Both the position numbers and the translations under genes were made by a program. The notes beneath the pieces are model-generated. The model was not told the origin of the DNA. It did not search any database and saw nothing but the letters and a program-made list of their open reading frames with translations. 64,000 nt of DNA. Origin: Asterias rubens (lineage: Eukaryota). Positions 37,235-49,262 of this stretch are shown here, piece by piece. How positions within the stretch are numbered: position 1 is the first letter of the stretch; each line of letters starts with the position of its first letter. The stretch covers positions 12,586,001-12,650,000 of the forward strand of contig NC_047062.1 in NCBI RefSeq assembly GCF_902459465.1. Direction: 5' to 3'.

Positions 37235-37952
37235 TGGCACGTTAAATTTGTAATTCGATAGTCGTTGGCGCGTTAAATTTGTAATTCGATAGTCGTTGGC
37301 ACGTTAAATTAATTCGATAGTCGTTGGCGCGTTAAATTTGTAATTCGATAGTCGTTGGCGCGTTAAATTTGTAATTCGATAGTCGTTGGCGCGTTAAATT
37401 TGTAATTCGATAGTCGTTGGCACGTTAAATTTGTAATTCGATAGTCGTTGGCATGTTAAATTTGTAATTCGATAGTCGTTGGCACGTTAAATTTGTAATT
37501 CGATAGTCGTTGGCACGTTAAATTTGTAATTCGATAGTCGTTGGCACGTTAAATTTGTAATTCGATAGTCGTTGGCACGTTAAATTTGTAATTCGATAGT
37601 CGTTGGCACGTTAAATTTGTAATTCGAAAGTCGTTGGCGCGTTAAATTTGTAATTCGATAGTCGTTGGCGCGTTAAATTTGTAATTCGATAGTCGTTGGC
37701 GCGTTAAATTTGTAATTCGATAGTCGTTGGCGCGTTAAATTTGTAATTCGATAGTCGTTGGCACGTTAAATTTGTAATTCGATAGTCGTTGGCACGTTAA
37801 ATTTGTAATTCGATAGTCGTTGGCACGTTAAATTTGTAATTCGATAGTCGTTGGCACGTTAAATTTGTAATTCGATAGTCGTTGGCACGTTAAATTTGTA
37901 ATTCGATAGTCGTTGGCACGTTAAATTTGTAATTCGATAGTCGTTAAATTTG
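37235..37952. repeat. Minisatellite, 31-bp unit, about 23 copies
   Basis: Unit CGTTAAATTTGTAATTCGATAGTCGTTGGC(A/G); only about 2 units at the paralogous site 55591-55650. Confidence 0.97.
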
Positions 37953-40900
37953 AATGACTATACCTGGTGTACGTTTCCAAACTTTAGTTTGAATGAATGT
38001 TTGCAGTCACTACAAATATGGCATGGCATGGCACTTTGGTTGGTAACTTTATTGTGTTGAGCCTAATGTTGTGCTTTAGCTGCTTGTTTGTGCTGAAGCA
38101 CCTTCAAAGAGCCAGGACCTCTAGTTACACCTTGCTCCGTGATTACACCTTGCTTATGTTAATTGCCATTGAACGATAAACAGGTACATCAGTAGTGAGA
38201 ATTACTCTTTAATTGAGTGAAGTAATGATATTGAAATGTTGATTATCATTCGTGGATTGGCTATAGCAGGTATACCGATCGATTGGTTCTTAATGACCGT
38301 GCTTATTTGATACGGGTATTTAAAAAAATACTTTTAGAGGGGTTGGGGGGGGGGGTAAATGACGGACTCCCGATTTATAAAGTCATCAGACACAGGTGTC
38401 TTCAAATTTGACGAAAGGTACAACTTAACCCATTCTTCGTACAATATGCGCATACAATTTGATGTAAAACTTAATGACACAATTTGTTGTATGTCTAATA
38501 CGTTCTTAGAGTCTTTTTCGGAAACTCTCGAAAATTGTGCTATTTTGAACTCAAGTTCTGATGACTTACATTGACTATGTAGTTCGAAACATTTTATCTA
38601 GATATAGTCATAATATTATTACAAACTGTTGAAATATAGTATGGTTGCACATGAATGATCGCATTGAAAGCTTAAAACAACGAGAGTAACGTTCACATTG
38701 TAACTATTTGATCAGAACCAATAATACTTACCAACTGACACGCACCACTATGTTTAACATGACATTGTTGCCAAAAGACGTTCCGTAATATGTTTTTAAT
38801 TTAACTTAAAGGATGTCGCAGCACAATCGAAATTTTGTGGTCAAAAGGTAAATTCGAAAATATGTTCAGAGATGTTTACATAATATAGCTAAGGTATTAT
38901 GGAGCCCCTCTGAGAAAGGTTAACAACAATCTAAACTGTACAATTCAAAATATTTTGTGTCCTCAAAATATTGTTTCGTTACCTCGAAATATAATTTCGT
39001 TTCCCCGAAATCATTTCATAACAAGAGTTCACAATGTGTTTCATTTGACATTTAGACACGCCGAAATATAGCCTGATCTGTATATTTTAAAAATACTTGT
39101 TGTTTTAAACAATATGACGTTCCGAGGTTTCCATTGTTTAATTCGAACCAACGAATATTTGAGTTTTCTGCATTGTCATATTGCTCCAACAGACGCGGGT
39201 ATTCCATATTATTATTATGATTTTGTTGATGAAGTCGTTGTTTTAGAGGTTGCCGGGCACATATGGGATTTAATATTATAATATGTATTTTTTTTCATGG
39301 GGGTTTGCATTTGATGAAACAAGCTTTGAATAGGGCACGCGTAGAAAATATAACTAGGAAGATTATGTGCATTACACATCCAAGGGAAAATACTAAAATT
39401 GATCACGATACCGAGGATTGCGTTGCCAAGCAACATTGGGCCACAACGCGTCCGCACCCAAGTAAGGAGCACCGACAACGGCCGCATCCTTAGACGTTGC
39501 CATTATAATACTAAAGTAATTATATCAACCATAACAAAAATCATACTGAAATATACATCTTGAAGAAATGTATATACCCATTCACCCTTTCACCATCCGT
39601 ATAGGGGAGGTTTATTTAGTTTTCTTTTGAAATGTGTTTTTTTTTTTTTTGGGGGGGGGGGGTTGCGGGGAGGGTGCTTGTTTTCTTTCATGTTAAAGGA
39701 ATTCGTTGCCTTAGATCGGTCGAGTTGTTCTTTGAAAAGCATTTGTAACCGTTTGTTATAAAATGCATATGGTTAGAAAGATGTTCTCAAAGTATAGAAT
39801 ACAACGATTCACACAAACATGCCTCGAAATTGCATGGTTTTCCTAACATTGCATTTTATAACAAACGGTTACAAAGGCTTTTTAAAGACCAACTCGTCCG
39901 ATTGTCCCTTTAATCTATGGTCTACTCATGCCCTAGACGTTAAGGACAAAATAGTTATACTATGTCACATACTGGCTTTCATCGTTATTTCTGCGAAGGT
40001 TTCCCAACCATTTTAGGTCGTGCCAGATATATAGCCCGCTATTGATATAAAGTCAATTCAAGAGACTTTTGTGTGAAGTTTGTTGTTGATAGAATGATCA
40101 AAACATGGTGCATAGATAGACATTAATGCTCCCATACCCAACCTCTAAAAGGCCTCTCCAATCTACATTAGGCTTATGTGCTTTTTGCTAAAACAGAGTA
40201 CGTTTCCCCTCGTCAAATTTTATGTAAAATTAATATGTGCTTGTAAAACTAGCTACATTTTGTAGATTCCGAAGTACTTTCTCCATTGAACCACAATCTT
40301 CTTTTAGCGAGTCCCAGGCCCCCCCCCCCTCCTTGTCATTCTGTTTCCATCGATTTACTCGCATGGTTTAATCTAATTGTGATAGTTAGCGAGGCAAATC
40401 AACCATTCTTTTCACACGCACACAAGTTAGTATGTATAACGCCTCCCGGTTTGAATAATGTATACCTACTCACAAGCACTTACAACGGGGTATACCCCCA
40501 AACAGATTCACACAAAGACCTCTGATTTTAACTTAAGTTTCACCAATTCGGTCTTTTTTTTCTTCTTTCTTTTTTCCACCTTCTTCTTGCCTTTTGTCAT
40601 ATACTGTTGGGCCTAATGGCTTCTATTCGGGGAGCAATTCAAATAGAAATAAAGCAGAAAAAAGTCACAAAAGTTATCATAGTATAAAACTGTTTTTCTC
40701 CTTTACCAGAGGTTGGTTTAAATGGGGGGGGGGGGGCGTTTAAATGACTCATGGGAAATTACTTATTCCCATCATCACTTAAGTATTTTTTTCTGACATA
40801 CAAAATCTTGCGTTCGGCCGTGGAACAACACCAAGTTGTATTATGAAACTCAAAAAGTGAGGCAAATAAGGGGAAATATTTGATATACATTTGATGTAAG

Positions 40901-43600
40901 TAAAATTAAGTTTCTTGTTATTATCCTAATGTTTTCTTTCTAGACAAATCTGCAATGGACCTGTACTCAACTATCTTTCTCATGGCACTGTAACTGTAGA
41001 ACTGTTAATCAGAGACCTTAAGTTGCCAAACTTATTTATAGTGATACATACACCAAGCAAAACACCGTCGCACACCAGAGTAGTAGGCCCACTGTGCTTC
41101 TGTTCTGTTTTTAATAATCTGTTCTCTCGTTGCCTGGTTTATGACAAGTCAGGATGTTTAATCTGTATCAATATTAATAGCAGTCCCTCCCTTGGAGCAA
41201 CCCTCCTTGGCTGCAGTTGGACTTTAGGCCAATAATGATTGATTCTGAACCCTAAAAACCTGCAAATCTGTGCAGCGTGAAAGTTATCGACTACATCAGA
41301 TTTGTCACGTGCTTTTAAACAACGGCTTCCTAAAGCGCAGTATTCGTTTTTTTATCGTGCACACGAAGCACGCCCTCTGCCGCCCGAGACGCAAAGTCGC
41401 AACACTGACCGTGTGCCAACTTCAATTTGAGGCATGATCCCATCACATAACTTCTATTATAAATGAGGATACAAACAAAACTCAGCAGAACGATTCATTC
41501 CTTTTTGCCTGTACCTTGGTCTATCCCTGGCCGATCAAGTTTAAAATCAGGCAACTTTCAACTCAACAATGTCTTTGAGCTACCGCTTTATTGCCTACTG
41601 TGTTAATTTGGCCAGCTGCATATACCTCTGCTGCTACTCGTATAAATTGACTACAGCACAGCTATTTCACGCACTTGTCACTTCGTATGTCTTAAAACAT
41701 GTGTGGTTGTGTGCTCTATTCGGTACAATCAGGTCACAAGAAAACCTAAAATAAAAGGTTTCCAAGTGGACAAATCTGAAGACTACATTGGATGCTCCAA
41801 ATGGAAATTTGTGTACAAAGTACACACATGTATATGGGAAAATGTTAAGTACATGGACAAAAGGAAGGTTCAAAGAAATTTCCTCGGGATGCATTTAGAC
41901 CGTGAGTGTCTATACTGTCTAGTGAAACCGAGTGGGGAATTTAACCAACATGGATCCGGTTTATCTTACGGATTGGGTCCTTGCTGCGCTTTCGCGTACA
42001 AATTAGGACGTCGCTTCAAAATGACTAAACAACATTCTTAAACAAGAATCGGAACACAAAGAGAAGTCCTTGGTTAACAGCTTGTTAAAACATGTGTGAT
42101 TTATTTTTAAAATCGAGTGTTACTGGGTACAAAACGATGTGATACTTCTTGTGACAAATTAGAGGAACACGTTGCCTTGGATCGGACGAGTTGGTCTATT
42201 AAAAGCGTTTAAAACCGTTTGTTATGAAATGCATATGGTTGGAAAGATGTTGTAAAAGTACAATATACTGATCCACACAAGTATCACTCAAAATTGCACG
42301 GTTTTCCTTTTACGTCGCGAACTATCACGGTCGGCCATTTATGGGAGTCAAAATGTTGAATCCCGAAATGACCGACCGTGTTAGTCGACAAGGTAAAAAG
42401 AAAACCACGCAATTTCGAGGCATATTTGTGTAGATCATTGTAACCTACTTTTACAATATCTTTCTAACAATATGCATTTTAAGTAGGATTTGAAACTTTG
42501 CATGGTGGAGATAAGATATAGAGGAGTTTGCGGTAACACCATGTAATAATCTCTAAATGAGTTGGGGTGGTTCTGAAAAGAACCGTTGGTTTAACTCGAC
42601 GTTTCGATCAGTATGCTCTGATCGTCTTCTGGAGAGTATGCATTTTATAACAAACGGTTACAGAACGCTTTTCAAAGACCAACTCGACCGATGCAAGGCA
42701 ACGTGTTGCTTAGTAAAATCTGTTAACCTGATTCCTATAATTCGAGATTGAATTTCTTTGAAAATTTTAGTTTTTAATTTTCGGGCCCTCAATGGTTTAG
42801 CCCCTGGATACATTTGTTCTTCATTCATTCCCCTCTGCCTGGTTCACGATCATCGAGACTCTCAAAACGTCCTTGAGCCTCGTTCCCACTAAAGAAAGTT
42901 GGTGGTAGAGGGCGAATGCTACTTGTTTGTGGAATTCATTATACATTTTGCATCATTATAATACAAGCTTAATAGAAACGTTTAAAACTCAATTCAATAC
43001 TGCCTATTATTGTCTTTTCTTTTGTTTAATGTTCTCTTGCGTCATACTCTGGAAGGTGCCATGATAACAACTGTCAGGGGGAGACAAATTCATGCATTAC
43101 AAGTTTTGTTTTTAAATAACTTCGAAGTTAGCAAAAACAAATTGACAGAGTGTAATTTGAACCAAAAATCTCCGGTTTATAGGCACTGGCGTTTAGTTAT
43201 TGTCAAAGACCAGTATTCTCACTTGGTGTATCCAAACACATGCATTAAAACGAATCTGCCAAAATTTGACTCAATATTGATCATCGAAGTTGCAAGAGAA
43301 TAGTAAAAGAACAAACGCCATTGTTGCAAAAATTTGTGTGCTTTAAAATGCTTGTTTAAATGCTTCAGGCCTGAACTCCTCTATTTTCAAGTGAGAAATA
43401 ACTTCTTTCTCAAAAACTGTATCTTCAGAAGGGAGCCGTTTCTAAAAGAATCAACAGCCCTCCATTGCTCGTTACCGCGAATAAGTTTTGTTGTTAACAA
43501 TTGTTTTGAGTAGTTACTACTAATAGTGTCCAGTGCCTTTAACGTGATGGTGTCTTATGGAAATCTGTACGCCGGGGATAGTTCCCCCACCGTACACTAA

Positions 43601-43785
43601 AGCCCGGTTCATACTTCCTGCGAATGCGAATGCGAAGCGACTTTGACGTAACTTTGACGTCACAACCCTCCTTTCGCAGCGATATTCGCAAGTGAGTTGA
43701 ACAAAGTTGAACTGCTGCGAATTATTCGTTGTGAATTTGTGAAGTCAACATTCGTATCGCATTCGCAGGAAGTATGAACCGGGCT
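43601..43785. mobile_element. PIF/Harbinger-type MITE
   Basis: TIR AGCCCGGTTCATACTTCCTGCGAATGCG with TAA duplicated on both sides. The paralogous copy 61322-61415 has a 91-bp internal deletion; a degenerate relative lies at ~19095-19190. Confidence 0.8.
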
Positions 43786-44542
43786 TAACGGAGGTAGGCA
43801 ATTAAAAAGAGGGCGCTTACAGAAGAAGTGTGTGCATAGTTTGCCGCATGAGTCCTCCGTTTATAACCAAATTTGACCTCCATTTAAACACATATTCCCC
43901 CGATGATCGAAATGTAATTTAATACAAGAACATCTACTCATATTAATGCAATTATGTTTGTGTTGTTAAACACACTATTTCACCCTTACCATTTATTTAT
44001 TTAAACTATACCAGACACCCCCACCCCCTTTAATAGGAAAAATGCGCTTTACAGACTAAATATGTAAAGTAAGAAGCCAATTAACATGCCGCTACATATT
44101 GTCAAAGTTATATTATATTAGAGTAAATAATATAGGCTAAGAGTTTGAAAGGGTGTCGGTTCCTTTTGTAGGTTTTTGAACATGACAAGAATCCCTAAAC
44201 TCATGGTAGATGTATGTAATATAACTTACCTGTAGATGTTTCAGCTTCTTGTGTCGTCAAGTTCTTTTAATAGAGAAAAAAAGGTGAAAATCAGGGAGTG
44301 ATGTTTTCAGGAGACTCTCGTTATGACACTACTGGTAAATACGTTGTACAAATTAGAATGATGTTCGTCTCCCGAGACGAACATTACTGTTGTGACATTA
44401 GTTTACTCATTTCTAAGAAACTACAGCACCTCAGCAAGAATTATTTTAAGCGGGTATATTTTGACCATCATTATCTTCAAACTGTGTAAACAAAATGTAA
44501 ACCTGCGGACATTATGTTTTGTGTCGTACAAAAAGCCTTTAT

Positions 44543-44895
44543 AGACACTGGACACTATTGGTAGTTGTCAAAGACCAGACTTCTCACTTGATGTATCTCA
44601 ACACATGCATAAAATAACAGACCTGAGAAGTTGCAAAATAACAATGAAAGAAAATAAAAACACTTGTCACACGAAGTTGTGTGCTTTCAGATGCTTGATT
44701 TCGAGACCTCAATTTCAGAATCTGAGGTCTCGAAATCATTTCTTGGAAATTTGCATCTTTCTCGAAAAGTACTCCTCTTCAGAGGGAGCCGTTTCTCATA
44801 ATGTTTTATACTACCAACCTCTCCAAATTACTCATTAACAAGTAAGTTTTATGCTGATAATTATTTTGAGTAGTTATCAATAGTGTCCACTGCCT
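44543..44895. mobile_element. Kolobok-type MITE downstream of the lipase stop codon (paralog 62176-62553)
   Basis: AGACACTGGACACTATTGG...GTGTCCACTGCCT|TTAA. Confidence 0.8.
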
Positions 44896-45022
44896 TTAAA
44901 CAATATCTGTTTATCAAACTTGCATAATAATAGAAACGTTTACGATTGCTGATCAAACAAAGATACTCAACCGAGTTCTGAGTAGTCTCTATACGAGAAA
45001 AAAGACAACTAATATATCAAAA

Positions 45023-47652
45023 CTACGGCATAAGGAATTTGTATCCGCAGTTGTTGGAATCCATCCTGATGACGAATCTTCCAGAGCCGTCTCCTTTCTC
45101 TGCATGGATGCCCATCCGGGGGCATGTCCCGCTGCAAGAGCGCTGCCAGATCCGTCTCTTGGTGGCGAAGGAACAGGTTCGGCCGGGCTGAATGTAGAAG
45201 TTCTTCATGCTGGATAAGTAGTAGTCAATTGCTCGCATGTGACTGCAGTGGACGGCCACACAGCTTGGTTGGGCGAGGTAGTCAGGGTTAGGATAAAAGT
45301 CTTGGTGACCCACCTGTGTCAGAGGTATTCATTCATATAATTAATTTAACACAAAGATTGGATGCCCAATATGCCAATTTACTTTTTAATTAGGGGTTCG
45401 AGCTTCAGCCGAGCACATCTTCTTTTGAGGCTATTTTTACGGGCTAAACAAAAACTTACCGGTTCAAGAAGTCCAAACAAATGCATGAGTCCATCCGTAT
45501 GGATGACGTCAACAAAGTCAGCGTCAGTTCTATCCAAATGGCAATCTGAAGTGCCGAGGTACAACCTGAAACCCGGTCTCGCAGGGTCGAGGCCTGTATA
45601 GGGTAAACTCACAGTTATAAATAGCCAAATAATAATTGCTATGTGTAAAAGTTTTGGTTGGCCGATCAATTTGACCCGAAATTTAAATAAATTTTTAAAA
45701 AACTGGCACATAATAGTTTTCACCATAGATAATTGTATCAACTTCGTTCCCATCGGTGTATAACCTTGCCTGGCCATGTTTTTTCTTTCCCAGATTGCCT
45801 TGCCCGATCGTAACCCACTGGAAGTGTGATTTGAAAGTATCGAAATATATTGAATGTTTAAAATAGTTTTTATCATCAATCCATAATGAGTAGTACGAAA
45901 AACGCGCGAGGTGCCGGGCTGGGGTTGCCTGTCCGATTCAGCTAAAACAATCGCGGTCTCAGCTAGATTTTAACTCAAGTCTAGATGTATACCTGAAATA
46001 CGCCCGATCTGTCCGTGTAAGAACATGCCAGTGTACCCTGCCAGATGGGCACCAAGGCTGTGCCCCAACATGTGGACGTCTTCGTACTGTAAACCTCGAC
46101 GCTCGTGCAACTCCTCCAGCAGTAAGGCAAGTTCCTTTGCAACCAGTACGATATCCATCACACTCTTTTGATAATGAAGGCGACTCCATCGGGACGATGG
46201 CCAACTCACCATGATGATGTTGTAGTTGTCCTGTATAATATGACAGTATTGTTTTATTAGTGTTATAAGATTTGGCCTGCTGGCGTATTTTTTCCCCAGA
46301 TGAGATGAGGCCACTTAGCATGCGACCATTAAATGGTAAGTGGCCTCATCTGTCCTGCCCAGGCCTGGGCAAAAAAATACGCGGCCTGCCGTATGTGATT
46401 CTATCTCAACGAAGTGTGACTGATGCAATCCTCAATATCCCCACCCCGGATTTACGCACACATTATCGTAAATACTCGTTACGCGCACGTTAGACGTGGA
46501 ATAAGATGCACTGTGGTTAAGCTATAAATGATCAAGTTTGATCGCTAGCTAGGCCAGCATGCACCCAAATCAACAGTAAGCGCTTGAGCAATGGAGTGCG
46601 AAAGGGTATTTGTATATTAGTGCGTATTGGCGACCCCAACCAGAAACTGTAGTCATCGGTTGAGCGTTTTCGCGTTTAAACCGCGATGGCGAGGCTGTTC
46701 AAACCAAACGGTAACCGACTCGTTTCTCGGTTGGGCTTGGTTGGGGTCGCCAAAACGCACTTCATACATCACTCGAACAACCAATGAGAACGCTGCGGAG
46801 GGTATCTAGACACATAAGTTATACATACCAATTTCATGAACGAATGACAGAGTGACATGAAGTATTTGTTCCGAACGCTTGTTTGCCAGCCATGGATTAT
46901 AACAATTGTTTTCTTGTAGCTGTGGAAACTATCGAATGTGTTGGGGTCGTCCCAGTATAACTTTTGTCGGTAATAGCAGCGTCTGTCACTATTATACTGA
47001 CGGGTGAACAGGTAGAACTCGTTGTTTATGTCTGACAGGTGAGCTGGATTCAACCCGGACCAACAAGAGAGGCTGGTATCAAAGCAGAAGCGGCCATAGG
47101 TATGGCGGACGCCCCGACTGTTATAACATCTGGCTAGAAATATATCATAATAAAGGAAGAACATTAAGTAGTGCGAAACAATGTTATTTCTTCTAATGAA
47201 ACATGACTCAATTGAATCAAAGGAGTCAGGTATGATGAGGGGCATTATATCACGCAATGTCTTTATGATGAGGGGCATAATGAGAATTGGGCAAAATGAA
47301 AATCGTATAACTGATCGAAGAAAAACAAATAAGAATCACAAAAAAATATAAACAAAGTCCGAGAGCTTTTTGATGGCGTGCTTCTTATCCAATATGGCGT
47401 AGGTTACATATTTATTTAGTATAGATCTTCCACATCCTTGCATACATGAAGAGCGCCCTTCTCAGAACACATGGCGAGCTCTATACCGGATTATAAGATT
47501 GTGGAATTAGAATTTCAAATTAGCAAAATTCCTCACAGTTATTATATGAGTAATTATTTGGAAATACAGTTCACTGTCTTACTCTGGTAGGATTCGTTGA
47601 CCATGAGTAGGAGTACCAGCGACCCAATCAGGATACGTGTTAGTTCAATCAT
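45023..47652 (-). CDS. Secreted pancreatic-lipase-family (alpha/beta hydrolase) protein, 5 coding exons, 345 aa, no C-terminal PLAT domain
   Basis: Exons 47652-47583 (signal peptide MIELTRILIGSLVLLLMVNESYQ), 47133-46829 (..IIHGW..), 46230-45993 (GHSLG nucleophile), 45593-45460 (LDPA acid, DVIHTD) and 45313-45023 (GHQDFYPN..QPSC..CSH catalytic His). Junctions are GT-AG with phases 1,0,1,0; total 1038 nt. Confidence 0.93.
46619..46762. mobile_element. Small MITE in a lipase intron
   Basis: TIR AGTGCGTATTGGCGACCCCAACC / GGTTGGGGTCGCCAAAACGCACT. Confidence 0.65.
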
Positions 47653-47770
47653 CTTGTCCAGCCTTGATACCAGTAAAACCTGGAAAAAAACATGACTATC
47701 AATATAGTTTGATATGTCTGCATAATTGAAGCAGTGAAGTGCCTCAAAATCACGACATCACATTAGCCTA

Positions 47771-47860
47771 AACAACAACAACAGCAACTAAAACAACAAC
47801 AACAAGAAGAAAAACAACTAAAACAACAACAACAACAAAAACAACAACAACAACAACAAC
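47771..47860. repeat. (CAA)n imperfect microsatellite
   Basis: Runs of AAC/CAA. Confidence 0.85.
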
Positions 47861-48019
47861 ATTTATTTCATACTGACTCAGTAATGATACAGATATGTCG
47901 ATGATTACAGGTAATTTATTAAACAAAAAAATTGGATTATTGAAACTTAGTAACGAAGCATATTGAAGGTTCAGCCCTATTGTAGAGTGTCATGGACGAA
48001 TGGTTTAGAACTTCGCATT

Positions 48020-48305
48020 AAAGTTCTGGTGGTTAGGATCATCGGAGTGACGGTTCACATCCCGGTCGTGATGGTCGTGAACTTTTGTCCTTGAGCAAAA
48101 TGATTTACTATTCTTCACCCAGGGGTATAAATGGGTACCTGATAAGGTAGAGGTTGATATTGTGTACGAAAAAGCACCTGGAGCAACACGGCAGCTCAGG
48201 GCTTTCATGGAACTGAGAAGAATTAAAGAGAAGTTACTGGCCAAATGACCAGGGCACAAGTAAAGTGCATTATTATGAAATGCGCTATACTATTATTACT
48301 ATTAT
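48020..48305 (+). mobile_element. SINE with CORE-like central domain and L2-like tail
   Basis: GTCCTTGAGCAA...CACCCAGGGGTATAAATGGGTACC followed by GCGCTATAC(TATTAT)n tail. Confidence 0.5.
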
Positions 48306-48835
48306 TACTATTACTTACACATGCTGAAGAACTAAGTGCACATTAAGGACCAAGTATTTCTGTCCATTAACAAACAACAAATGAAGACTGGTGATGTGCT
48401 CTTTGCTTCATAGAAACATTTTTAGGTCTGCTTCTTTCCATTCACTGTAAGCCGCGCCACTTTACGCAAGATGGCTCCACTGATTACCAGACGGCCATAG
48501 GGGTTGCATATCTAGCTTGGTGATTTATGCAAAAACGGCTTTAACATGAGGATGTGATAAGTATTAGCATTCAAAGGAAAAATACAATCTGATCTAAGAC
48601 ATCATAGAAAAAATAGCAAGTCTAAAGGCCGGGAGCTTTTCGATGGCGCACTTTTTATCCAAGATTGCGTAGGTTACGGATATTTAGTATAGGTGTTTCA
48701 ATTTATACATCCATCCTTGCATACATGTATTTCAACGTCCGGTTTCGGCCGAAAGTAGAGGTGATTGTAAAGTTTGTATTATGCATGCATCAAGAGCTTT
48801 CATGGTGCCAATATTTTGTAGGTCTATCGTTTAAT

Positions 48836-48837
<2 letters not shown>

Positions 48838-48879
<42 letters not shown>

Positions 48880-48880
48880 C
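48838..48880. repeat. (CT)n(AT)n compound microsatellite
   Basis: Read directly from the sequence. Confidence 0.9.
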
Positions 48881-48891
48881 ATATTTGTTAA

Positions 48892-49262
48892 AGACGTTGG
48901 ACACTTTGGTAGTTGTCTAAGATCAGTCTTCTCACTTGGTGTATCTCAACATATGCATAAAAGAACAAATCTGTACTTTGAGCTCAATCGATCGTCGAAG
49001 TTGCAAGGTATTAATGAAAGAAAAAACACCCTTGTCACACGAAGTTGTGTGCTTTCTGATGCTTGATTCCGAGACCTCAAGTTCTAAATCTGAGGTCTCG
49101 AAATCAAATTCGTGGAAAACTACTTCTTTCTCGAAACTATGTTACTTCAGATGGAGCCGTTTCTCACAATGTTTAAACTATCAACAGCTCCCCATTACTT
49201 GTTACCAATTAAGGTTTTATGTAACAATTACGTTGAGTAAATTCAAATAGTGTCCAATACCT
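48892..49262. mobile_element. Kolobok-type MITE
   Basis: TTAA|AGACGTTGGACAC... matches the dominant family. Confidence 0.75.

Larger units (their letters stand above)
37060..46340 (+). repeat. Segmental duplication copy 1 (visible portion)
   Basis: Collinear and near-identical to 55335-64000, with an offset of ~17.7 kb after the minisatellite. Shared MITEs, ORFs and lipase exons. Confidence 0.95.

Noticed and set aside
37235-37952. CRISPR-like array (31-bp repeats)
   Set aside because: Repeats are head-to-tail with no unique spacers, there are no cas genes, and the context is eukaryotic.
37997-44838. Short ORFs reproduced in both duplicate copies (for example 37997/55695, 39215/56911, 39819/57536, 42557/60279, 43010/60732)
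   Set aside because: Conservation merely reflects the recent duplication. There are no recognisable domains or splice structure, several overlap MITEs, and some are frameshifted between copies.
46769-47278. ORF-track start MPLIIKTL as the lipase N-terminus
   Set aside because: 47134-47278 is intronic; the real start is the signal-peptide exon at 47652, which joins in phase at 47133.
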